Below are positions 25,943 to 36,602 of a stretch of DNA of 64,000 nucleotides, in pieces (the stretch's first letter is position 1; every line of letters begins with the position of its first letter). Under the pieces are notes generated by a model. It saw nothing but the letters and a program-made list of their open reading frames with translations. It did no database searches and was not told the origin of the DNA. Origin of the DNA: Azolla caroliniana (taxonomy: Eukaryota; Plantae; Polypodiophyta); contig JBHGNT010000007.1 in NCBI GenBank assembly GCA_043228905.1, positions 248,001-312,000 on the forward strand. Direction: 5' to 3'. Made by a program: the position numbers and the translations under genes.

Positions 25943-28077
25943 GTTGGAAGATTCACATCACAACTATATCGGTTCCCTTGTTCATAGTATTCATTGATAT
26001 AGTTCTTAAACAGAATATCCGTACCAAGAGGGTGAATGTAGTATTTTTCTTGTTTGAGTGGCCTGTAAGGTGCACGAGGCTTCATTCATCTTGAAACTTT
26101 AGTTGAGTTGTTGGGTTATTGATCATTGTTAATGATTATAGAGCCTCTGAGAGGTAACTCCCGGCTCCATGAAATCTTCTTGTTGAAAGCTATTACACCA
26201 TGCAACGAATCATATCATTCTTTGGTACAAAAAAGATAACATTGATTTTGTAGCCAATGTACTTGGTAGCGATGTATTCTTCCTATTGAAACAAACAGTG
26301 ACCCGTCTAATGTAGCAAAGGAAGAATGTTGTATAATTTTTTTACACCCTTTTTCTCTTTATGCGTTATGGAATGATAATATATCATCATCATCTCTGGA
26401 TACATTTATGAATCGGATTCAATTTTGTAACTTTATGCAAAACCCTATTACATATTATGAGTTCAGTAGGTCAGCTTTAAGTGTCTGAACTACATTTGTG
26501 TACTTATGTGTATGCCTTTATGTAAGTTTGTGGAGTCATAGGTACATCAAGATTTATCATGTGGTAAGTTCAAAGTCTAACAGTGACCTTAATACTTAAC
26601 TGAATCGAATTTCAAACTGTGCTTGCATCAATTCAATCAAGTTGTAAAAGTTTTGCTGTCTATTATTCTTGTTTTGATGCTTGTTTGTGAGTTAAGAAGA
26701 TACTGTATGGTTGACATTATGTCTGTTGATACTAGGCAGCATCTTTGTTTGGTGATCCTCTTTTGATTACATGCATGCAGAAATTAGAGTGAAGTTTGAT
26801 CTGGGTGATGTTTTGTGGTTTGAGCGTCTATTATTCCTAGTCTTGTAGATCATTGAGTCTTGAATTTGCATGAACATCTGATTTAAGTTCAGTAAATGCT
26901 CTTTAAACATAGACACGGTTCAATGTTGGGATTGTGTTCTCTATTTGGGCACAACTTTTCAAGGCATAAACCATGCAGGTGGATCTTCACGTTACAAAAC
27001 GTTTTGGAGTTCAAATTTCAACTCGTGTCTGAAATGTGTTTGTCTTTCCCTAAATGCTCATTTCATGCATGATGGCCGCAGTTAAAACCATTTAAATTGC
27101 TTGAACAGGAAGGTTTACAAGAGCAATTACAGATATAACTATTAACAATTTCGGTATACCTAAACATTGATCAAAGTACAAGGAACAAGAGTAACACATG
27201 GTAAAGAGACAAAGAATTAATATAGAACCTAATATGATAGTGTGGAAAGGGCTCAAACATTGGAAAAGCTATAAAAGACACTTTTATTAGTCTTTTGAGT
27301 TGCTTCTGGCCTTCTCTTGAAGGTTATGTACAAAATTTAAGGACATCATGAAGTTAATATGAGGCACTAACACACTTAGGTGACTCCGAACAAGAAGAAA
27401 TCAACCATCATAATTGTTTAGGTTATGTATTCTTTTAACCAACAAGAATCTTATTATTGGGCTACAAGTACAACTTCATTTTTTGAATACACAAAATTAG
27501 AAGTTTAAGAATTTTGTAGTGCCAATACTAAAATATCTACAAAAGGTATAATATTTATCTAGCAATGGAGTATTCATGGAGATTAGTTAACTAATCGTCA
27601 AACATGAGATTAGGGAATGAGGGGTAGCCTTGAGATAATGAACTCAAAATGCATGAAGATAATGTCAATCTTGATTTTTCAATCTAACGAAGAATTGAAT
27701 ATGAGAATCAATAATTCCTATGCATGAAGAATTGAATATGAGAATCAATAATTTCTATCCATGAAAATTATTGAGGATCTCATGAGGATTCAATATACAT
27801 GAAAAGTATTTAAGTCAAATAACATATCTAGATATTAACCTAATTAAAATAATAAGAACGCCCTGACAAGCTTCCAAAAGATCACACTGAATTAATCAAC
27901 GTAATCAAGAACAAGCAATCACTTTATTAGACTTCCACACAACGCACATATCTTCTGTAATTAGACAATTTTGAAAAAGAAAAAATACGCTTTATGAAGT
28001 TGAACATGCATGAATTGTTCTTTGATCATTGGGCACACTCGCAAAAGAAACCAGGACAACTGAAATACACTTGTAAT

Positions 28078-28620
28078 ATACACCATTGACAAATAAGTAA
28101 TCTTACTTCAGCCATAGAATCTCTGATCGATAAACAAAAGATTATTTGTTTCAAACTGTGGCATACAATCTCACTTTTAGTTGTGTCGCATACACCATTG
28201 ACAAATAAATAATATTACTTCAGCCATGCAATCTCTGCTTGATAAATAAAATATTATTGTTTCGAACTGTAGCATTCATCAGAATTGATGTCTGAAAGAT
28301 AAAGAGTTTTAAACAAATAATCTTACTTCAAGGAAGTTATGTACGAGAAAAAAAAACACAAGACACCCCCCTAGAACTCAGTAGAATATACATGCCAATT
28401 GTTTACTGTTAGTATTGGTCATGCACCATGATTACTTAAACACACTGTACCGTACATCCAGGAACGCATATGCTTTGTAATCCCATGTAGAATATGCATC
28501 TCCATGGGATTACTAGAACTCAGCAGAATATACATGCCAATTGTTGACTGTTAGTATTGGTCATGCACCATGATTACTTAAACACACTGTACCATACATC
28601 CAGGAACGCATATGCTTTGT
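28078..28620. repeat. Two adjacent tandem duplications (periods ~112 and ~142 bp) downstream of the RRM gene
   Basis: atacaccattgacaaataa... at 28078 and 28190; ctagaactcag...catatgctttgt at 28371-28478 and 28513-28620. Confidence 0.85.
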
Positions 28621-28960
28621 TAAAAAATGAAGGCTGACAAGCTAGCCCATGTCTCTTTATATGCAGTCTTGAAACTGTGTAATACAATTATCTGTCCACA
28701 ACTAAATCACTTACAAAATACCCACAGAAAGCAACATACTCTTTATAAGGGCTACAACTACAACGAATTTCCACCTCAAACTTAGCAATAGTGTGGCAGA
28801 TTACATTGCCAGTCTCACTAACAAATGTCGTAACCCTAACACCTCGTATGCGTGAGTATATTATATGCCCCTAACTTATAATATAGCATACACTTAGCAG
28901 GGAGGACAGCCGATTCCTACATACTAGCTTTCCAAAAGAAATCCGTACACAATGCTTTTT

Positions 28961-29839
28961 TTACGCCTTTGCAGCAGCTTGGTTGACTCTCAAAGGGCGA
29001 CCGTCAAGCTGAGTGCCATTGAGGGCCTCAATGGCCTTGTTCATCTCCTCTTCTGTGGACATGGTGACGAAGCCGAAGCCGCGCGAACGTCCTGTCTCTC
29101 GATCTGTCATCACTTTGGCGTCATAGACAGTGCCGTGGGCCGCAAAGAGATTCTGCAGCTTGGCATCATCCACGGACCATGCCAGGTTCCCCACAAAGAT
29201 CTTGGCATTGGAGCGTTTGGAATCGTCCCGGAACCATTTGGCATTTTTGGCGAGCCACTCGGGCGGGTAGGGTGCGCGCTCCACAAAGTTCATGCGCACA
29301 TAGCGGCCTTGGAACTTGGAGGCATCGAGACGGGCGTAGACTGTCACAGCCTGCCACTTGCTTCCAAACTCCACAAACGCACCCACACCCTGGGCGGTCC
29401 ACTCAGGGTCATCGGTGTATTCAAAATTCACGACTGTCACCGGCTCATCTTGAGGTTCACACGTCACAAACCATTCGATGAGATCCCTCTTCAGCTTCTC
29501 CCTGTCCTCTGTAGGGGGCAGGTTAAAGAGCTTGAGCTTGGCTCCCTGCGGGATGCCGACCTCGTGGGGTATCTTGTAGAAGTCAGGGTCGATGGCAACG
29601 GTGCTGTTGCATAAGCTTGGCCTGGAAGCACCCATGGTGGTACTGATAAACCTGGAGGACTGTAACGGATTGTGAAGGAGGCGGAGCATCGAGGAGGATG
29701 AGCCTCGGGGGGCCCTGCATAGGACGGATGACAGGGAAGTGGGGGTGGAGGAGTCTGACATGGACATGGCCCTCACCTGAACGGAAACTCTGCTTCCAAA
29801 TGGCAGCAGACCAGCGGCGAGGCTGGAGGAAGCGGCCAT
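28961..29839 (-). CDS. Chloroplast-targeted two-RRM RNA-binding protein (cpRNP CP29/CP31-like), 292 aa, intronless CDS
   Basis: Uninterrupted GC-rich ORF with an Ser/Ala/Arg-rich transit-peptide-like N-terminus (MAASSSLAA...). Canonical C-terminal RRM (KIFVGNLAWSVDD...DRETGRSRGFGFVTMS...LNGTQLDGRPLRVN) and degenerate N-terminal RRM (KLKLFNLP...GVGAFVEF...FQGRYVRMNF). Probable 64-nt 5' UTR intron at 29842-29905. Confidence 0.9.
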   Translation of the reverse strand: MAASSSLAAGLLPFGSRVSVQVRAMSMSDSSTPTSLSSVLCRAPRGSSSSMLRLLHNPLQSSRFISTTMGASRPSLCNSTVAIDPDFYKIPHEVGIPQGAKLKLFNLPPTEDREKLKRDLIEWFVTCEPQDEPVTVVNFEYTDDPEWTAQGVGAFVEFGSKWQAVTVYARLDASKFQGRYVRMNFVERAPYPPEWLAKNAKWFRDDSKRSNAKIFVGNLAWSVDDAKLQNLFAAHGTVYDAKVMTDRETGRSRGFGFVTMSTEEEMNKAIEALNGTQLDGRPLRVNQAAAKA

Positions 29840-29980
29840 GGCTGCAGATAGATAGATATGTGCTGTAAATTAACACAAGGAAAAGAGAAAGGAAGGAACG
29901 CGAACCTTTGCTGCCCCTGCCCCTGCCCCTGCTTCTCTCCTCTTCCCTCCCTTCTTCTTCAAGATTTTCTTATCATTATC

Positions 29981-30020
<40 letters not shown>

Positions 30021-30910
30021 AATTATAGTAGTAGTAGAGACAACGAGATAGTAGTAATAGTAGTAGTAGTAGAGACTCGAGAGAACGAGAGAGACAGAGT
30101 AAATGTATGAATGTATGTATGTGGCAATTGCAAGAGTGAAAGAAAGAAAGAGAGATTAATTGAGATATGCCAAAATGGAGTATAAGACCAAACAAGAGAT
30201 TATTATGTATGTATATCGATCGATCAATCGATTGAGAGAGAGAGCAGGTGTGTGTCCAATATTTCATTGAGAGTGAGAGTGAGAAGGTATGTAACACTCA
30301 CTAGGTTTTAGGGTATATCTATCATTATTTTGTATGCCAAGAAGAAAGAAAGAATGGTTTTAGGGTTTATTAGAACCCTACTTCTCGAGTTCCTCTCAAG
30401 CGGGGCATCGAAACACAATGCTATACATCATCCTTTGTGGAATTCAGAGTGCACAACATTGCACAATTGGTAATTATTATTACATGGGGTTGAGTGCCGA
30501 GGCTGGTAATAATATTACCACATACATACATACAATATATGTTGGCTACGGCCAGAGGAGAAATCATGGAGGAAGGAAGGAAGGAATACTGACATATGTG
30601 TATGTATGTATGTATGTATGTAAATGGGGGAGCTCGACAAACGGGCATCCCCCGATAAAGAAGCCAAATGTCATCCGCCCGTCACCACCGCACATCATCA
30701 CATATCACGTGGACACTAAAGATTATGTATGTATGTATATTATTAACTCTCAAAATCTCCTCCTTAAACCCTAAAGTTACAACTTACAACAAAAAGAAGA
30801 AGACCACATCATTTCACCATAATCATCATCATCATCATCATCTTCTTCTTCTTCATTCTTCTTCTGTATGTAAAGACGCTCACTCTCTCTCTCTCTGGGT
30901 TGAGCCAGCT
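29840..30910. promoter_or_regulatory. Divergent (bidirectional) promoter region between the RRM gene and NOB1, with telo-boxes and a G-box
   Basis: ATGs at 29839 (-) and 30911 (+) are ~1.07 kb apart; telo-box TTAGGGTTT 30360-30368 and AAACCCTAA 30766-30774; G-box CACGTG 30706-30711; (TAG)n tract ~29980-30070. Confidence 0.6.
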
Positions 30911-33900
30911 ATGGCGTGGAGTGCAGCTCTACGACGCGATCCTCCTCTTCCTCCTGCTTCACAAATTCTATCGCCGTTTCCATTCCCCCCTCTTCAATCC
31001 TTGAGCACAGATCAGCTACAGAGTGGATCAAGCATCGCAATAGCTGTCATCGACGCAAACGCGCTCATCTCCTCTTCTTCTGTGAGATTGTTTGGTCTCG
31101 CAAATCGATTTGTTTCAGTTAGAGAGGTTCTTGAAGAGGTCAGAGATCCTGCTTCTCGCTTCCATCTCGCCTCTCTCCCTTTCAATGTGGAAATTATGGA
31201 ACCCAGTGACGATTCACTTCGTAAAGGTACGTCTTTTTCCCGGCTGACTTCTGAATCCTTTAGATTTGTTGTGTTTCTATGGTCTCTCTTTCTTATGTCT
31301 TTGTATTATCTCTGTGAATTATTAGGTTTTATGATTCTTGCTATTGTACGTCTGTTTATTTGTCTGAATTATTAATTAGGTTTAGTGAACTCTCTGTTTT
31401 TTCTGTGAACTTTTTTATGCTGCTTTGTTGGAATGAATTGTTTGTATCTATTATCCATGTGAACGAGTTATATGTATGGAAATATTTTCTGTGATTTATT
31501 AAGATTTATTGAAATACTTTTCTAAGTTATTACCATTTATTGGAACTCTTTTTCCTGAATAAATAATGGCTTATTGGATATCATTGCTCCATTTGAATTT
31601 CTCTGTAGACATTGGAATTCTTAGCTTCTTTTGTTGGTGTTTGCTAGTAGTCTGATCTACAATGGATGAATATACAGTATTTTGACACTGATTTCTTCAT
31701 TTTGCAATTGTTTGCATTTTTTTCTGAATGGATTATGGTTATGATATCAGGCTAAACTAAGGTTCTTTTACCTGAATGAATTAGGATTATTTATCCATCT
31801 AAATTAAGGTTCTAATATTTGAAATATATTCTAGGTTATTTGTTCTGAATTGCTTATTTGTTCCTGTGATTATTTTATTGCTCATCTGAATAAAAACTAG
31901 GTTTCTCTATTTTGATTCTTTGAACTTGCATCTGAATAAATTAGAACTATTTGTAACCAATTTGTGGGAGTTCTAATCCACATTGTTGTGCTCACGTTGG
32001 AATTTTGAGTGTTACATATTTATGCTCTCCTGAACTCTTATTGGATTTCTTTGTCACCATGGAAATGATCAAGATTAGCTCATTGTGACCTGAAACTTTT
32101 CTATGGCTATTGGATTTATTAGGAATTTTTGGCTGCAATAAAGTACATCTTTAACTTAAAAGTGATTCCTTGTTTTTATGTTTACTTTCTGAGCAACAGT
32201 TTCCCAATTTGCGCGAGAGACAGGAGATTTACAGTCGCTATCTGCAGTTGACTTAAAGCTTCTAGCATTGGCGTACATGTTAGAAGAACAATCTCATGGT
32301 AGTCTGCACCTTAGATCTAAACCGCCTCCACTTCAAGTGCTTCAAGCTAGCCATTTGAGAGAAAGAGATTTACCTGGATGGGGCTCAAATGTGCAAAATT
32401 TAGAAGAATGGGAGGATTTATCACGACAATCAGATTATAATGTGGAGAATCATGATGATTCACACATTTTAGGATTGAAGAAGTTGTCTTTAAACACCTC
32501 TCAGCCTGAGAAATGCATTATTACAAATGAACAGAAAGATGTGCATGAGGAAGATCATGAGTCTGTAAATGGAGTGGAATGTAATAAGCAAGAGGCAACA
32601 CTTTCTAGCTTGCAAAACATGAACGTGGAACCTTCTCTTGTCGGTTTATCATGCAAAGAAAAACTTAATGATGAAGATGATGAATGTGGTGGTCAGCAAA
32701 AGGAAGAGGTAGACGAGCGTGATGATGAAGAGTGGCAAAAGACGTTAAGTAGAAGTACTCGGAGAAAGCATGAGAGAAGGGCAGCTAGGGATAGAAGAAA
32801 GAACACGTTCGCCTTGAAGGATCCAGAGAGTGTTGACACCGAACAAAAAACGGAAGATCACCTGAGTGGAACTGGATCAGAAAGTAACAAATTTGACCAT
32901 GGTACAGAAATTTCAGAAACGTTTGTGCATCTGACCATGGATGAACCAGACTCTGAAAGAGCCTGTGCAAATGCATGCGAAGGTGAGCTAGTTGAAGGTT
33001 CCATAGTGAATGGAGTGGCTCATATAAAGGATACTGAAGGTGAGGAAGGCAATGAATGTAGTAGTATTGATGATGAACACAACAGCGGAGAAGAACATTC
33101 TTCTGTTTATGCTACTGAAAGTGAGGATAGCTGGTTGTTACAACCCCTATCTAATTCCAGCATTGCATGCATTACGGCAGATTTTCCAATGCAGAATGTG
33201 CTTCTACAAATTGGTTTGAGAGTCATTTCACCAAATGGTTTGCAGATTCAGAAACTGAATAGGTCTATTTATTGTTTTCTGTTGTTTTTCAAGAAATTAC
33301 ATATTCCTTGCTTCAATGCACTTACCTCTCTCCAAATGAAACATTCACTAAGCTCAAAAATATGGTAAGTGTATCCTTGTTGTGTTAAATCAGAAAAATA
33401 ATCTGTTAAAAAAAGAAGATAGAAGTAGACAAGGAAAATTCAAGGAGATTAATTGGTTAAAAACTAAATATTAGTATTTGTGGGGAGGGAAAGGCTCAAA
33501 AAAGGAAGACGAAATTTCGTTTAGCTAAATATTAGTAAGCTATAGGAAGATAACTTGTGAAAAGAAAGAAATAAATGTAGAGGAAGGAAAGGAATTGGTT
33601 AATTGATTATTAAGAATTGCTCAGTAGAGAAAAGGTTGAAAAACAAAGGAAAAAAACAAATAAATGCAGAGGAAGGAAGAATTCAAATAGTTATAATTAA
33701 GTATTAATACTCCATTTTATGCATCTGATGCAGATGGGTGCTTAAGTGCGAGGCATGCAGGCATGTCACTTCAGAAGTGGGTCGAATCTTTTGCCCTAAA
33801 TGTGGGAATGGTGGAACTTTATATAAAGTATCAGTGACAATTGGGTCAAATGGCGTTATACATACAGGGTCCAGAAGGCGTACAAACATTCGTGGAACAA

Positions 33901-36602
33901 AGGTAAACCGATTTTGTGGTGTTCTCTTATTGACTCAATTATCTATTCTTATCTCTGTAGTAACAAAAATGATGAGGTTTTGATTAAATGTTGGAAAACG
34001 ATCTTTAGCCATCTTATCGTTACTCTGTTTGTGACATTTCAGTGCTGTTGATTTTCTTCTTGTTAGCTGAATTTTGTGCTTTAATTTGTTCACTTTTCTA
34101 TTTCTTAGATTGTCTGATTAAGAATCTTAACCTAATCCTTAGTACTGATGGCATGGATGCCATAACATCTAGATTCTAGTTTTTAGCTTGTCACTGTTAC
34201 TGATATTGTGAATAAGGATGCTGCAGCTTCTATAGTCCACGGTTCACACTATGGACAAAGTAGATTTGTACATATTATAGGTTTTCAATCACATATCGAT
34301 ACCTATTTATGAAATTGGAATGCTGTTGATTTTCTTATTGCTACCTATTGTTTATGCTGCTTAATGTTCTCAACTTTCTCTTGCTTAGATTGTCTGATAT
34401 AAGAGTCTTCACCCAGTCCTTGGTACTGATCAATAGGTTTTCAATCACATATTGGTACCTATTTGTGAAATCAGAATGCTGTTGATTCTAAAGTTCAAAT
34501 TCCTCTTTCTTAGACTGTCCAATATAAGAATCTTCACCTAGTCTCGGTACTGATTTCATGAATAAGGATGCTGTAGCATCTATATTCTAGTCTTCAGCTA
34601 GTTCTTGGTACTGATGTCACGAGTTAAGGTGCTGTAGCATGTAGATTATACTCCACATTATCTCCAACGTGGTTGACAAAATATGTGGTCCATGCACTGG
34701 ACTTGTATGTAACATAGGCTTTCAATCACATATACTTTCTTGTTTTTTAACATTAGCTATTTTAAAAATTTTATTTTTATCGTTATGCCTCTTTTGCTTT
34801 TCTTATTCTTTTTAACTCCAGACTATTGTAATCCTATTAAAAAATATGTTTAGCCATCTCTATTGTTACTGGATATTTTGCTATCTTTGCATGAGTAAGG
34901 ATGCTGTAGTATCTAGATTATAGTTGGTACTATGCACACTGGTTGACAAAATCTATGGTGGATGAGGTGTACTTGTATAGGATCGCAATCACAAAATACA
35001 CATTTCTTGTTTTCTTATTCATTCAGTCACTTGCTAACTTGCAATATATTTCTTTACCTATCTCCATATTAATTGGCTATTTGATCACTTTTTGTCATCG
35101 CATTTTCAAACTTTGTACAAAATTCAGTTTTTTGCTGATTTAATGAATCTATATCTATTCTTGAACATTGACATGCATAGGAATGGCATTGCGTTAAATG
35201 TGCTTGGCAAAATCGTTATATAAATTTGAATTCTTGAAGTTTTCAATATGGGTTCTTCAGGCTCTGATTTTATTAGCATTGTTTCTTAAGCTAATTCTGT
35301 CATTCAATGTTCTGCTTCAGCATATCATGTCTTGTTTTGGTAGCTAATCATAGTTTGTTTTATTGATTGATGTGGCATGAGGTAATATTTGATTTTGGTT
35401 GTTTATGTTCTCTTCTTCGTTTCCTCTCTCCCTCCCTCTTGGCTTCTCCATCTTCCTTAGTACATCTGTATATAGTTAGTTAATCAGAGAGTGCATAATT
35501 TTTATGTTTTATTTATTTCTATATGTAGAGAGGTAATTATGTATTTAGTGATGCACTAACACATGTATTATGCTTCTCATTTGTTTTTCAGTATTCCTTG
35601 CCAATGCCTAAGGGTGGAAGGCAAGGTATCCTGGAGAATCCAATTTTGAGGGAAGATCAATTGCCAAAGAAAATGCTGCACCCAAAGAAGAAAAAATCTC
35701 CTCTCCCAGTAAGTTCTTGTTTTAAAACAAAGGTTTTATAGCCAAGATCAATGCAAGTAACGAAGAATTTAGACATTCTATGAAGTTTTTAGGGAGTTTG
35801 TATATCCTAAAAACAAATATATGTGTTGAAGTAAGCTGTCGAATTTGTTTAAGTGAATTATTTTTGTGTGCGCGCGTGTAAATGTATGTCCTAAAAATGG
35901 ATACATGTTCTTTATCCTAAGAACGAATACATGTTGTCAAGAGATGATATATCCATACATGTTCTATGATTCTATATCCTAAGAATGAATACATGTTTTG
36001 AAGAGTTGATATATCCGAAGAATGAATGCAAGCTGTGAAGTGTTGATATATTCATAAAATAAGTAATGTGCACGCTCTAAAATGAATAATTGTAATATCC
36101 TAAAAATCACTACATGTTCTAAAATGAAAATTTTATACATACTAAACTCAAATGTTCTGAAATGAAGAAGTTAAATATCCTACAAACAGTGCATGTTCTG
36201 AGGCGAGTTTGTATATATATCCTTCAACTCAATATATAGTATGAAGAGTATATGCTAGAAATCAATACATACTCAAAAGTAGAGTGTTTCGTATCCTTGA
36301 AGTCAATACATATGCGGTAGTGTTCGCATAGTCTAATAATCAGTACGCACACACATATACATACATATATATCCGAAACATGAATACAGGTTCTAGAATG
36401 TTTTATATATGTCCCAAAAATTAACAAATGTTCTGAGGATTCTGTTTATTATCCTTTTCCTTAGGAATTTTCTACGATTTCGGAAATCTTTGATGCAAAA
36501 CGAGTTGGAAATGGAAGCATTCAACCTCCGGTTCGTGAAGCTCTTGCTGTCTTTAGCGGGAAAAGAAACCCTAATGATTGTCGGAGCAAACCAAGACGAT
36601 AA
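30911..36602 (+). CDS. NOB1: RNA-binding protein NOB1 (PIN-domain 20S pre-rRNA D-site endonuclease with Zn ribbon), ~600 aa
   Basis: Exons 30911-31226, 32200-33262, 33734-33902, 35592-35708 and 36465-36602, phases consistent. Motifs VIDANALI, EVLEEVRD, ARETGDLQSLSAVDLKLLALAY, ITADFPMQNVLLQIGL, RWVLKCEAC...FCPKCGNGGTL, RGTKYSLPMPKGG, ILREDQLP and PPVREALAVFSGKRNPND. Confidence 0.95.
34000..35000 (+). repeat. Degenerate internal repeats in NOB1 intron 3
   Basis: Blocks tgctgttgatt...ttagattgtctgat...aagaatcttxaccxagtc...gtactgat, aataaggatgctgtagc and ataggttttcaatcacata each recur 3-4 times. Confidence 0.75.
35780..36440 (+). repeat. Degenerate ~40-bp minisatellite in NOB1 intron 4
   Basis: Motif atatcctaaaaatgaatacatgttct recurs many times with variation. 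Confidence 0.7.

Noticed and set aside
28952-29614. 220-aa plus-strand ORF
   Set aside because: Antisense shadow of the GC-rich RRM gene; no recognisable domain.
30668-30910. His-rich N-terminal extension of NOB1 from the upstream ATG at 30668
   Set aside because: Runs through promoter elements and (CAT)n/(CTT)n leader repeats; ATG 30911 (gctATGGcg) fits the family N-terminus better.
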